Origin: Nannocystis bainbridge
Lineage (GTDB): Bacteria > Myxococcota_A > Polyangia > Nannocystales > Nannocystaceae
Direction: 5' to 3'
Assembly (NCBI RefSeq): GCF_028368995.1
Contig: NZ_JAQNDL010000001.1
Location: 960,001-1,024,000, forward strand
DNA length: 64,000 nucleotides
Part shown: piece by piece, positions 31,366 to 40,545 of the stretch
Layout: each line of letters begins with the position of its first letter
Position numbering within the stretch: the first letter of the stretch is position 1
Program-made: the position numbers and the translations under genes
The notes under the pieces: generated by a model
The model's database searches: none
What the model was told of the DNA's origin: nothing
What the model saw: only the letters and a program-made list of their open reading frames with translations

Positions 31366-32067
31366 TCATCGCGCCTCGCCGAGCACCGCCGCGCGCGGAC
31401 GCAGGGGCGCGCGCGCGTCGAGCAGCGCCGTGCAGCCCGGCCCCGGTCCGCCCGTCGACGCGTCGGTGTTGTCGATCGAGCCCTCGGCGTCGAGCATCAC
31501 GCAGCGCGGCTCCTCGCAGTGATCGAGCCCGAGCACGTGCCCGACCTCGTGCACCGCCGTGTTCGTGACCCGCCACGCGACCAGCCGCGGATCCTTCGTC
31601 TTGCGCCACAGCCGATGCCCCGAGACCACCGCCGCGGTCCCGCCGAGCTCGCCGAGCCCGAACACGCCCCAGTCGACGATCTTGCCCTTGCTCGTCGAGA
31701 TGTCGACCGACGTGAGCCCGAGCACCCGCGTCCCGCGCGGCATCGCGGCCACCTGTTGGCCCAGGTGCTCCAACAACACATCGGCCCGGTAGCGCCGCCG
31801 CGGCGCGTACCAGGCCGACTTCGGCAGTGCGATCGGCGAGGCGCGCTGCACCTCCACCTGATACGTCGAGCGCAGCGCCGCCTCGATGCCGTCGACGAGC
31901 TCCGCCGGAAATTCTCCCAATACGACCAGCACCACCACCGCCCGGATCTGCGGCTGCTGCACGCTCGCAGCGACATCTCCAGGGATCTCTGCAGCGAGCG
32001 CGGGCACGGACCCCGAGGCCCGGGTCACCAGCGCCGCCGCCCACAGGGTCGCAAGCAAGGACGACAT
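31366..32067 (-). CDS. Archaemetzincin-like zinc metalloprotease (M54)
   Basis: HEVGHVLGLDHCEEPRCVM; RRRYRAD, GLTSVDI, VFGLG. Confidence 0.8.
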   Translation of the reverse strand: MSSLLATLWAAALVTRASGSVPALAAEIPGDVAASVQQPQIRAVVVLVVLGEFPAELVDGIEAALRSTYQVEVQRASPIALPKSAWYAPRRRYRADVLLEHLGQQVAAMPRGTRVLGLTSVDISTSKGKIVDWGVFGLGELGGTAAVVSGHRLWRKTKDPRLVAWRVTNTAVHEVGHVLGLDHCEEPRCVMLDAEGSIDNTDASTGGPGPGCTALLDARAPLRPRAAVLGEAR

Positions 32068-32266
32068 GCCGGCGCCAACGCAGGAGGGCCCGATCCTATT
32101 CAGCGCCGGCGACCGAGCCGCGGCCTGGTCGCCGCCCTGACCTGCAACCGTCACGCGAGCCGCCGCGCCTCGCCGTGAACCGGATCACGCGGCCCGTCTT
32201 CCTCGCCGCGCGCCCGCGCGCGCCTGCACGGACCCACGTTTGTACCGAAATTGTTACCCTGCGCGC

Positions 32267-33487
32267 ATGAAAGAACTTCCCATGAACCGCTCTGCGTGGG
32301 CTCTGGCCGTCCTGCTCGTCGGCTGCGGCGACAACGGCGGCGTCACCGGCGCGGTCACCGACGGCGCCACCGGCACCACCACCGACACCACGACCTCCAC
32401 CACCAACAACCCCAGCACGCCCGCCACCGACACCGATGAGCCGACCGTGGGGACCATGGGACAGACCGAGTCGCAGGGCACGAGCGAGGGCACGACGGTG
32501 ACCCCGCCCACCTCGACCACCACTGACGCGACGACTGACACCACGACGATGGGCGTCGACACGACCACCACCGAGCCCGGCACCACCACCTCGACGACCG
32601 ACACCACGGCCACCACCGACACCACCACGAGCACCTCGACCACCGAGGGCACCTCGACCACCGACGACACCACCTCGACCACCGGCGACTTGCCCGACCT
32701 GTGCGCCTGTCCCGACATCGAGGTCCCGCTCGACGACGGCATCTTCGTCCTCTCGGACGACGCGGAGCTGTGGAAGTACTACCCCGAGAGCAACACCTTC
32801 ACGATGCTGGGCAGTTTCAGCTGCGGCGGCATGACCAACACCTTCTCGATGGCCGTCGACCGCCTCGGCTTCGCGTGGGTCATGCTCAACAACCCCGCCG
32901 GCGACATCTGGAAGATCGACGTCACCGACCCCGGCAACTGCATCGACCCCGGCTACAACCCCAACCAGCAGGGCATCGGCTACTTCGGCATGGCGTTCGT
33001 GTCGAACAGCCAGTTCGACCAGTGTGACCGCATGTACGGCAACTCGTTCGACGGCTTCGGCGGCTTCAGCGAGGGCCCGAACTTCGGCGATTTCCTCAGC
33101 GTCGACCCCGACAGCCTGCTCATCGACATCATCTCGCCGACCGACTTCAACGGCGCCGAGATGACCGGCACCGGCGACGGCCGCGTGTTCTCGTTCGGCG
33201 GCGTGCCCTCGAAGCTGGTCGAGCGCGACAAGGACTCGGGCGCGGTGATCGACACCTTCCCGCTGCAGAACCTGCCGCTGACCAACGCCTTCGCCTTCGC
33301 CTTCTTCGGCGGCGATTTCTACTTCTTCACCGAGAGCGCCAACCCGCTGGTCAGCAAGGTCACCCACCTCGACTACGACGACAGCGACATGGATGGCCAG
33401 CAGCAGCTGACCACCATCAACATGGCCGCCCCGATCCGCATCGTCGGCGCCGGCGTCTCCACCTGCGCCCCGTTCGCGCCGATGTAG
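32267..33487 (+). CDS. Lipoprotein with Thr-rich linker and beta-propeller-like domain
   Basis: LVGC lipobox; FSMAVDR, EMTGTGDGR, FAFAFFGGDFYFF, IVGAGVSTCAP. Confidence 0.75.
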   Translation: MKELPMNRSAWALAVLLVGCGDNGGVTGAVTDGATGTTTDTTTSTTNNPSTPATDTDEPTVGTMGQTESQGTSEGTTVTPPTSTTTDATTDTTTMGVDTTTTEPGTTTSTTDTTATTDTTTSTSTTEGTSTTDDTTSTTGDLPDLCACPDIEVPLDDGIFVLSDDAELWKYYPESNTFTMLGSFSCGGMTNTFSMAVDRLGFAWVMLNNPAGDIWKIDVTDPGNCIDPGYNPNQQGIGYFGMAFVSNSQFDQCDRMYGNSFDGFGGFSEGPNFGDFLSVDPDSLLIDIISPTDFNGAEMTGTGDGRVFSFGGVPSKLVERDKDSGAVIDTFPLQNLPLTNAFAFAFFGGDFYFFTESANPLVSKVTHLDYDDSDMDGQQQLTTINMAAPIRIVGAGVSTCAPFAPM

Positions 33488-33581
33488 TCCGCGCGCCCCA
33501 GGCCCGCGTCCCTCCCCCGCGCGGCGGCCCCGTCGCGCGGGGGAGGGACGCCCGCCCGCGCCCGCGTGCTACACCGCGGGC
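33425..33581 (+). repeat. Direct repeat copy 1 (copy 2 at 34634-34790)
   Basis: 33425-33530 identical to 34634-34739; 33549-33581 identical to 34758-34790. Confidence 0.92.
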
Positions 33582-33828
33582 CGACGTGCACGCTCGCAAG
33601 CGGACCCACCGGCCCTTCCTTGAGGATCAGCCGAGCGTCGAGACGCATCGGCCACGAGCTGTCCCTTTGGACATGAGCCGCGAGGTCCACGCCAAGAGCG
33701 TCGCCAACCCGCTGATGTTCCGCAAGCTGCGGCGCGAGGACGAACCCAGAAGCAGCCGCGCGCCGCCGACCTCTCGTGGCTGCTGACCGCGGCTACAGCG
33801 ACGAGGCGGCGCTCAACCTGGTCGGCGG
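33578..33828 (+). pseudogene. Decayed duplicate of the Rieske 3' end and DUF434 5' end
   Basis: Matches 35587-35748, 35781-35800 and 35915-35978 with substitutions (ARKRTHRPFLEDQP..PRAVPLDMSREVHAKS). Confidence 0.85.
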
Positions 33829-33898
33829 ACGGTGGATACGAATTTGTTGGTGCGACACGGTCACGGGTTGAGTCCAGACCGGAGAGTATTCTTTCACC

Positions 33899-34696
33899 GT
33901 GCAAGGCACCCTCAAGATCGCCATCCTTTCCCTTCTCCTCGGGGGATGCAAAGGTGCGAGACCCATTCCCCCCGAGTCCGTTCCGACATGCGGTGCCCCC
34001 GGCGAGTCGTTCGCCCAGCTCCGATGGCTACCGAGTGAGCTCGACACTCTCGTATCTGTCAAACTCTACGACTCTCGGCTGCCGATTTCTCTCGCCAGCC
34101 TGCAGGCCTTTCAGAGCGGTCCCTTCCTGAAGGACGAGCCTTGGACCCGCTTCGCCGCCGAGCTCCCGGAGTTCCGTTCGCGTCTGGCGAAAGTCCCGCT
34201 CGAGCGGGACGAGGCCATCTGGTTTCTCGTCGCCGAACGAACGAGCGTCTGGGCGGTATCAGGGGTCTGCGACCGGAAGGATTTCGATCGCATCGTTGCC
34301 ATCCTCGGACTTCGAGCGCGTAACAACGAAGAGGGAGAACTCTGGGTGGCAGACGCTCCATCCAGCGGGGAGGAGCTCGCTGTCTTGCAATTTGGGGCAG
34401 GCGGTCCGTTATGGCTCGTCCAAGCTGGACGAATCGACTCCCTTCTCCTCTGGCTCAAGAATCTGAGCGGAACGCCTCACTCTTTTTTCATCGAACACTT
34501 GGAGGACGAGCATCCCGGCGCCACGCTACGAGTCCTCCGCCTGTTGAGAGATCAGGGATTTTCACAGTACAGCGTCACCGGCACGGAGATCTTCAAGTCC
34601 GGGTTTGTTTCACACGAGCCATCACGGATGAACGCCGCCCCGATCCGCATCGTCGGCGCCGGCGTCTCCACCTGCGCCCCGTTCGCGCCGATGTAG
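33899..34696 (+). CDS. Hypothetical lipoprotein, lower GC, with borrowed C-terminus
   Basis: LLGGC lipobox; many A/T-ending codons; last 20 aa identical to the upstream lipoprotein. Confidence 0.55.
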   Translation: MQGTLKIAILSLLLGGCKGARPIPPESVPTCGAPGESFAQLRWLPSELDTLVSVKLYDSRLPISLASLQAFQSGPFLKDEPWTRFAAELPEFRSRLAKVPLERDEAIWFLVAERTSVWAVSGVCDRKDFDRIVAILGLRARNNEEGELWVADAPSSGEELAVLQFGAGGPLWLVQAGRIDSLLLWLKNLSGTPHSFFIEHLEDEHPGATLRVLRLLRDQGFSQYSVTGTEIFKSGFVSHEPSRMNAAPIRIVGAGVSTCAPFAPM

Positions 34697-34790
34697 TCCG
34701 CGCGCCCCAGGCCCGCGTCCCTCCCCCGCGCGGCGGCCCGTCCGCCGCGCGGCGTGGCGCCCGCCCGCGCCCGCGTGCTACACCGCGGGC
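34634..34790 (+). repeat. Direct repeat copy 2
   Basis: Offset 1209 bp from copy 1. Confidence 0.92.
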
Positions 34791-35831
34791 GTGCTGCAGA
34801 ACTTCTGGTACGCCTGTCACCGCGCGTCCGAGATCGGCACCCAACCGGTCCGCTTGCGCGCGCTCGGCCACGAATTCGTGCTGTGGCGCGACGGCGACGG
34901 CCGGGTCGTCGCCCTCGACGACCGCTGCCCGCACCGCGGCGGCTCCCTGTCTCAAGGGACATGCTCGAACGGACACGTCGTATGCCCGTACCACGGCTGG
35001 GCCTTCGCCGCCGACGGCGCCTGCGTGCACATCCCGGCCAACACCGGCGACGCCCGCATCCCTCGCAAGGCCCAGGTCCGCAGCTACCCGACCGAAGAGC
35101 GCCACGGCTGGGTGTGGCTGTTCGTCGGCGACCTGCCCGAGGCCGAGCGCCCGCCGATCCCGCCGCTGCCCGAGTACGGCCAGCCGGGCTGGAAGGCCAT
35201 CCACGGCGAGTTCCTCTGGCACGCGCACTACACCCGCGTGGTCGAGAACGGCATGGACATCGCCCACGCCCCGTTCGTCCACTCGCGCTCGTTCGGCAAC
35301 CCCGCGCACCCCGAGGTCGCCGACTACACCGTCGAGCCGCACCCGTGGGGCGCCAGCGCCTCCGTCGAGTTGGTCGCCCCGCCGCCGAGCGGCCTGTGGT
35401 CGCTGGTGCTGCCGAAGCAGCGCCCGCCGGTCAAGACCCGCGTCGCCTTTTACATGCCCTGCTACACCCGCCTCGACCTCGACCTCGGCGGCATGAAGAT
35501 GATCGTCTTCAACAGCAACATCCCGGTCGACGACGAGCACACCCTGACCCGCTGGATCATGCTGCGCGACTTCTTCACCGGCGCCTGGGCCGACGGCAAC
35601 GCCCGCAAGCGGACCCACCGGATCTTCCTCGAGGACCAGCCGATCGTCGAGGCGCAGCGGCCACGAGCTGTCCCTTTGGACATGAGCCGCGAGGTCCACG
35701 CCAAGAGCGACGCCATCCCGCTGGTGTTCCGCAAGCTGCGGCGCGAGTGCCTGGTCGAGCGCGGCTGGGGCCTGCGCTGGGACGAACCCGAAGCCGCCGC
35801 GCCCGCGCCCCTGGTCGCCCTCCGCACATGA
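34791..35831 (+). CDS. Rieske non-heme iron oxygenase (VanA-like)
   Basis: CPHRG...CPYHGW Rieske; ENGMDIAHAPFVH mononuclear iron site; EDQPIVEAQ. Confidence 0.9.
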   Translation: MLQNFWYACHRASEIGTQPVRLRALGHEFVLWRDGDGRVVALDDRCPHRGGSLSQGTCSNGHVVCPYHGWAFAADGACVHIPANTGDARIPRKAQVRSYPTEERHGWVWLFVGDLPEAERPPIPPLPEYGQPGWKAIHGEFLWHAHYTRVVENGMDIAHAPFVHSRSFGNPAHPEVADYTVEPHPWGASASVELVAPPPSGLWSLVLPKQRPPVKTRVAFYMPCYTRLDLDLGGMKMIVFNSNIPVDDEHTLTRWIMLRDFFTGAWADGNARKRTHRIFLEDQPIVEAQRPRAVPLDMSREVHAKSDAIPLVFRKLRRECLVERGWGLRWDEPEAAAPAPLVALRT

Positions 35832-36613
35832 CCGAGCTCCACCGCCGCGCCCGCGCCACCGGCGACGATCGCCTGTTCGGCGAACCCGCCCGCCCGGCCC
35901 TGCGCGCCGCCGTCGCCGACCTCTCGTGGCTGCTGACCCGCGGCTACAGCGGCGACGCGGCGCTCAAGCTGGTCGGCGACAGACATGTCCTTTCAGCCAG
36001 GCAGCGCATGGCGGTGCTGCGCTCGGCCTGCAGCGACGAGGCGCAGGCGCGGCGCCGCGCCGCCCGCATCGACCTGGCCGATCTCGCCGGCACCCACCTC
36101 GCCATCGACGGCCTCAACGCGCTCATCACCGTCGAGTCGGCGCTGTCGCACGGCGTCGTGCTGCGCGGGCGTGACGGAGCGCTGCGCGACCTCGCCGCCG
36201 TCCACGGCGCCTACGAGCAGGTGCTCGAGACCCGCTTCGCCGTCGATGCGATCGCTCGCCTCCTGCACGGCGACGGCGCGCCTGCGCCCGCGCAGGTCGT
36301 GTGGTACCTGGACCGACCTGTCGCCGGCAGCGGTCGTCTCCGCGCGTTGTTGGAGGCGCGCGCCGAAGAGCGTCGGCTGCCGTGGACCGTCCAGTTGGTG
36401 CTCCACCCCGATCCTCTGCTGGCGCAGCACGACGGCGTCGTCGCCACCAGCGACGCCTGGATCCTCGATCGCTGCGCGCGCTGGATCGACCTCCTCGGCG
36501 CGCTCCTTCGGGGACCCACCGAATCCACGCACGCGTCGTCGCGCGAGGGCCCGGTGCTCGCCGCGAGGCCCGACCTGTGGCTGCTCGACCTCTCCGATAC
36601 CGCCGCGCCGTGA
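35828..36613 (+). CDS. DUF434 domain protein with PIN-like C-domain
   Basis: DLSWLLTRGY..ALKLVGDRH, IDGLN, GRDGALRDLA, LDRPV, ATSDAWILD. Confidence 0.75.
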   Translation: MTELHRRARATGDDRLFGEPARPALRAAVADLSWLLTRGYSGDAALKLVGDRHVLSARQRMAVLRSACSDEAQARRRAARIDLADLAGTHLAIDGLNALITVESALSHGVVLRGRDGALRDLAAVHGAYEQVLETRFAVDAIARLLHGDGAPAPAQVVWYLDRPVAGSGRLRALLEARAEERRLPWTVQLVLHPDPLLAQHDGVVATSDAWILDRCARWIDLLGALLRGPTESTHASSREGPVLAARPDLWLLDLSDTAAP

Positions 36614-36669
36614 CCGACCTCTGCCGACCTTCTGAAGCGACTGCACTTCGGGTATACCGATCGTTCGTG

Positions 36670-37914
36670 ATGGTCGCTTCTCTTCGGCTCCCCCTCGTCC
36701 GCTCGTTCTTCCTCGCCGCGGCCGTGCTCGTGCCTGGCTGTCAGGACACGTCCGCCGTCTACGCCCTGATCGGGCCCGAAGGCGGCGAGCTGGCGATGGA
36801 AGAGGGCCCCACGATCAAGTTCCCCGCCGGCGCGCTGGTCACGACCCGCCAGATCGTCATCCGCCCGGTCGACGACGACCTCTCGCGCGGCGACTTCAAG
36901 CAGTCCGGCGGCGCCTATCGCCTCGAGCCGACCGACCTCGATCTGCGGATCCCCGCCGAGGTCACCTTCGCCGGCGACGCGCCCAAGCAGCCCTCGATCC
37001 TGTGGCAGCGCGGCGAGGGCCGCGTCGTCTCGCACGCCGCCTCCGACGAGCGCGCCCTCGCGTACATCGGCGCGCTCGGCGTCATCGCCCTCGCGACCGG
37101 CGGCGAGATCAAGGCCGCCGTCGACGAGCCGACGCTCGCGCGGGCGCCCGGCGACGTCGACTACGCCAAGCCGCTCATCGACATCGCCACCGTCAAGGTC
37201 TCGCCGAAGGGCACCTCGATGCTCGACATCGGCTTCACCGTGTACGACCCGATGGGCATGTCCAACCGGCCGCTCAACGGCGACGGCAGCCGCTACTGCG
37301 GCCTCAAGTTCGCCGGTGTGCAGGGCGGCAGCATCAGCGCTGGCTGTTCGGGCGGCCTCGCCACCGGCTCGGTGATCGTCAGCAGCGCCCAGGTGACGGT
37401 CAACGCGGTGCCGTTCCTGCTCGGCAAGGTCCAGGGCGCGACGCTGGTCGAGGTCCAGGTCGGCGGCGGAGATCTCGCGCACAGCGTCGGCTACCTGCCG
37501 TTCGTCACCGGCTCGTGTTACCTCGAGAGCTGTTCGGGCCACGGCGCGTGCGACAGCTCGAGCGGCGCGCCCGTGTGCATGTGCGACGACGGCTACGCCT
37601 CGCCGATGGAAGACGCCCTGGCCTGCGAATGCGTGCCGAACTGCGACGGCCGGGCGTGCGGCGACGACGGCTGCGGCGGCTCGTGCGGCGGCTGCGGCGA
37701 GGGTCAGAACTGCAACGAGGGCCAGTGCCAGGGCGAGCCGCCGCCGGACACGACCGGCCCCGACACGACCAGCACCACGGGTCCGGACACCACGACCAGC
37801 ACCACGGGTCCCGACACCACGACCGACGATTCGACGACGACGTCCTCGACCACCGACGACTCGTCGACCACCGACGACACTTCGTCGTCGTCGACGACCA
37901 CGTCCACCACATAG
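36670..37914 (+). CDS. Lipoprotein with ZU5-like N-domain, EGF-like/Cys-rich region and Thr-rich tail
   Basis: VPGC lipobox; IGPEGGEL..FPAGAL; CSGHGAC..CMCDDGY; CDGRACGDDGCGGSCG. Confidence 0.7.
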   Translation: MVASLRLPLVRSFFLAAAVLVPGCQDTSAVYALIGPEGGELAMEEGPTIKFPAGALVTTRQIVIRPVDDDLSRGDFKQSGGAYRLEPTDLDLRIPAEVTFAGDAPKQPSILWQRGEGRVVSHAASDERALAYIGALGVIALATGGEIKAAVDEPTLARAPGDVDYAKPLIDIATVKVSPKGTSMLDIGFTVYDPMGMSNRPLNGDGSRYCGLKFAGVQGGSISAGCSGGLATGSVIVSSAQVTVNAVPFLLGKVQGATLVEVQVGGGDLAHSVGYLPFVTGSCYLESCSGHGACDSSSGAPVCMCDDGYASPMEDALACECVPNCDGRACGDDGCGGSCGGCGEGQNCNEGQCQGEPPPDTTGPDTTSTTGPDTTTSTTGPDTTTDDSTTTSSTTDDSSTTDDTSSSSTTTSTT

Positions 37915-38233
37915 CGCGACGATCTCCACGGCGGTGAGCTCCACCGTCGTCGCCAGCCCGCAGCGCATCGTGGGCGAGCCTTCGACCGTCATGGTCGCGC
38001 AACCCCAAGCGCGCGTGACGGTCGCTTCGCGCCCGAATCACGGGCTTTCAGTTGACATGTCTTTTCGGTCAGCTCGCAATTCTCGTCCGCGAGCGCCCCC
38101 GCCGGCCCCTAGGCCGGCGCCCCTGGATCGGATTCGCCCGCCTGCAGCGCTTGCAGCGGCTGCGCAAACGCCTTTACGATGGCCACGTGGCGAGCATGCG
38201 TCTCGCCTCCCCCTTAGCACGAGGAGTCGCACG

Positions 38234-40528
38234 ATGACCCGTTCACACCCGAAACGAACCAGCGAGCTGGTCACCCGCGCGGCGCTCATCGCCGTGACCG
38301 GCGTCGGCTCTGGCCTCGGAATGTCCGCCTGTTCCGAAGTCACCGACGGCGAGTGCGTCCCCACCGACGTGTTCTTCCGCGAGAAGGTCTGGGCACCGAC
38401 CCTGGCTGCCACCTGCAGCTCGTGTCACAGCTCGGCCGGCGCCGCCAAGCACACCAAGTTCGTGCTGACCCCCAAGGAGGTGCCCGGCTACCTCGAGGCC
38501 AACATGAAGTTGGTCCAGGACCTGGCCCGCTACGAGGTCGACGGCCTGCCGCTCATCCTGGCCAAGCCTTCGATGCGCGTCGAGCACGAGGGCGGCCTCC
38601 AGCTCAAGCCCGACAGCCAGGAGTACAACGACCTCCAGGCGCTGCTGAAGCGCTTCAACAACCCGGTCGAGTGCGAGGGCGCGGTCAACCTCGGCAACTA
38701 CTTCGACGACGTCGAGCTGCTCGACGAGGTCGACACCCTGCGCAAGGCCACCCTCGCCCTGACCGGCCGCCTGCCGACGCCCGAGGAGTACGAGGCCGTC
38801 CGCGGCTTCGGCATCGACCAGCTCGATCCGGTCCTCGACGCGGTGATGAAGGAGGACAAGTTCGTCGACCGCGTCGTCGAGATCTTCAACGACGTGTTCC
38901 TGACCGACCGCTACATCGGCGGCAACCGGGCGGTCGAGCTGCTCAACGGCGAGAAGTACCCGAACGCCTACTGGTTCGAGGGCCAGCCGGAGGACGTGCG
39001 CGAGCAGTACCGCTGGTACACCAACACCGGCGTCGCCCGCGAGGCGCTCAACCTGGTCGCGTGGATCGTCAAGAACGACCTCTCGTACAAGGACATCGTC
39101 GAGGCCGACTACATGGTCTTCACGCCGTTCTCGGCCAAGGCCTACGGTGTCGACGTCACCTTCAAGGATCCCAACGACTGGAAGGAGCTCGCCGTCGGCA
39201 AGCTCCCCGGCATCCCGCACGCCGGCGTGCTGACCTCGGTGATGTGGCTGAACCGCTTCCCGACCACGCCGACCAACCGCAACCGTCACCGCTCGCGGAT
39301 GGCCTACAAGCTGTTCCTCGCCACCGACGTGCTGCGGCTCGGCGAGCGTCCGATCGACCCGACCGCGATCAAGACGCCGAACGCGACGCTGAACAACCCC
39401 AACTGCAACGTCTGCCACAACGTCATCGACCCGGTCGCCGGCGCCTTCCAGAACTTCAACGAGCGCGGCGACTACGAGCCGTGGGCCGGCAAGGAGGCGA
39501 TGGTCTGGTACCAGGAGATGTTGCTGCCCGGGTTCGGCGAGACCAAGATGCCCGAGGGCGACACCGCCACTGCGGAGCAGTGGCTGGCCAAGCAGCTGAC
39601 CGCCGACGACCGCTTCGCCCAGTCGGCCGTCAACGTCATCTGGCGCGGCCTGACCGGCAACGAGCCGCTCAGCGAGCCGTTCGACGCCGCCATGCCCGGC
39701 TTCGAGGAGGCGCTCAAGGAGTTCGAGGTCCAGGACCGCGTCATCAAGGGCATCGCCAAGAAGTTCAAGGAGAGCAACTTCAACCTCAAGGTCGTGTTCC
39801 GCGAGATCATCAAGACCGACTTCTTCCGCGCCAAGAACGTGCGCGGTGAGGTCGACGAGTCCCGCGCCCGCGAGCTGTCCGAGCTCGGCACGGCGCAGTA
39901 CCTGTCGCCCGAGCAGCTGTCGCGCAAGATCGAGGCGGTCACCGGCTACCCGTGGCGCTACGGCGTCAACGACTCCGACCTGCTGCTCAACTCCAACGAG
40001 TACAAGATCTTCTACGGCGGCATCGACTCCGACTCGATCGTCAACCGGATCACCGAGCCGAACGGCATCATGGCCAACATCGGCCTGCGCATGTCGAACG
40101 AGATGTCCTGCCGGGCCACCTCGCGCGACTTCGCCAAGGACCCGTCGGACCGCCTGCTGTTCCCGTACGTCGAGACCAGCTTCGTCCCCCAGGACGACAA
40201 CGGCTTCGCCGTCCCGGCCGTCAACGACGCCATCCGGGCCAACATCCAGCACCTGTACGACCACGTGCTGGGCGAGCACTACGACATCGGCGACCCCGAG
40301 GTCGACGCCGCGTACAACCTGTTCTTCGAGATCTGGCAGGACGGCAAGGCGGGCCTCGCCGCCGGCACGTACTCGGCCGACCCGCCGTGCCGCGTCGAGA
40401 ACGACTGGTGGACCGGCAACCCGCTGCCGGAAGAGAACCGGATCACCCAGGATCACGACTACACCATTCGCGCGTGGATGGGCGTCCTCGCCTACATGCT
40501 GTCGGATTACCGCTTCCTGCACGAATAG
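38234..40528 (+). CDS. Lipoprotein with two CxxCH heme motifs (DUF1549/DUF1588-like, partner of DUF1501)
   Basis: GAGGAG RBS; CSSCH, CNVCH; LRKATLALTGRLPT; HAGVLTS; NRNRHR. Confidence 0.75.
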   Translation: MTRSHPKRTSELVTRAALIAVTGVGSGLGMSACSEVTDGECVPTDVFFREKVWAPTLAATCSSCHSSAGAAKHTKFVLTPKEVPGYLEANMKLVQDLARYEVDGLPLILAKPSMRVEHEGGLQLKPDSQEYNDLQALLKRFNNPVECEGAVNLGNYFDDVELLDEVDTLRKATLALTGRLPTPEEYEAVRGFGIDQLDPVLDAVMKEDKFVDRVVEIFNDVFLTDRYIGGNRAVELLNGEKYPNAYWFEGQPEDVREQYRWYTNTGVAREALNLVAWIVKNDLSYKDIVEADYMVFTPFSAKAYGVDVTFKDPNDWKELAVGKLPGIPHAGVLTSVMWLNRFPTTPTNRNRHRSRMAYKLFLATDVLRLGERPIDPTAIKTPNATLNNPNCNVCHNVIDPVAGAFQNFNERGDYEPWAGKEAMVWYQEMLLPGFGETKMPEGDTATAEQWLAKQLTADDRFAQSAVNVIWRGLTGNEPLSEPFDAAMPGFEEALKEFEVQDRVIKGIAKKFKESNFNLKVVFREIIKTDFFRAKNVRGEVDESRARELSELGTAQYLSPEQLSRKIEAVTGYPWRYGVNDSDLLLNSNEYKIFYGGIDSDSIVNRITEPNGIMANIGLRMSNEMSCRATSRDFAKDPSDRLLFPYVETSFVPQDDNGFAVPAVNDAIRANIQHLYDHVLGEHYDIGDPEVDAAYNLFFEIWQDGKAGLAAGTYSADPPCRVENDWWTGNPLPEENRITQDHDYTIRAWMGVLAYMLSDYRFLHE

Positions 40529-40545
40529 GCCCGAAGGAGGACATC

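Noticed and set aside
33586-33786. 66-aa ORF as an independent gene
   Set aside because: It is the decayed duplicate of the Rieske C-terminus.
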